IMG/VR virus record: IMGVR_UViG_3300045020_000158
Coordinates: 64,001 to 89,293 of that record
DNA: 25,293 nucleotides
DNA from: a virus
Taxonomy: Duplodnaviria > Heunggongvirae > Uroviricota > Caudoviricetes
Strand: one strand, 5' to 3'
Under the pieces are notes generated by a model that saw only the letters and a list, made by a program, of their open reading frames with translations, ran no database searches and was not told the origin of the DNA. Both the position numbers and the translations under genes were made by a program. Below are positions 25,245 through 25,293 of the stretch, piece by piece (the first letter of the stretch is position 1; the number at the start of each line of letters is the position of its first letter).

Positions 25245-25274
25245 AAATGAAAAGGCCAACCCGAAGGCTGGCCT
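25245..25274 (-). terminator. Intrinsic terminator
   Basis: 9-bp stem AGGCCAGCC-TTCG-GGTTGGCCT followed by TTTCATTT. Confidence 0.8.
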
Positions 25275-25293
25275 TGTGAATAATCGCCCGATA

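Larger units (their letters stand above)
1..25293 (-). mobile_element. P22-like phage/prophage head module plus virion accessory block
   Basis: Co-oriented portal, scaffold, coat and adaptor genes with frequent start/stop overlaps. No host housekeeping genes. No integrase or att site is visible, so free phage versus prophage cannot be decided. Confidence 0.95.

Noticed and set aside
1-25293. tRNA, rRNA, integrase or att sites
   Set aside because: None were recognised by eye. A tRNAscan-SE or Infernal run would be needed to exclude small RNAs fully.

Overview
This window is the head-morphogenesis and virion-accessory region of a P22-like tailed phage or prophage, and essentially every real gene is on the minus strand. 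In transcription order (right to left) it holds four small genes, a P22-type portal, two small ORFs and a scaffolding protein. Next come a free-standing HNH endonuclease split at a CCC-TAA site and the major capsid gene, which is interrupted by two ORF-less group I introns (19709-19966 and 18278-18546) and splices to a 452-aa P22 gp5-like coat protein. A second free-standing HNH follows, with its own candidate promoter, RBS-hiding hairpin and terminator. A ~16 kb accessory block then encodes small structural proteins, two GT-A glycosyltransferases, a 996-aa repeat fibre, a GH5 hydrolase, a beta-helix spike and paralogous proteins sharing terminal peptides. The block ends with a frameshifted GIY-YIG endonuclease and a SAM methyltransferase. 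A head-to-tail adaptor-like gene runs off the left edge. The strongest unusual signals are the twin intron plus adjacent HNH arrangement at both ends of the capsid gene, and a modular set of probable virion appendages with shared N- or C-terminal tags. Family assignments come from motif recognition by eye; no searches were run.
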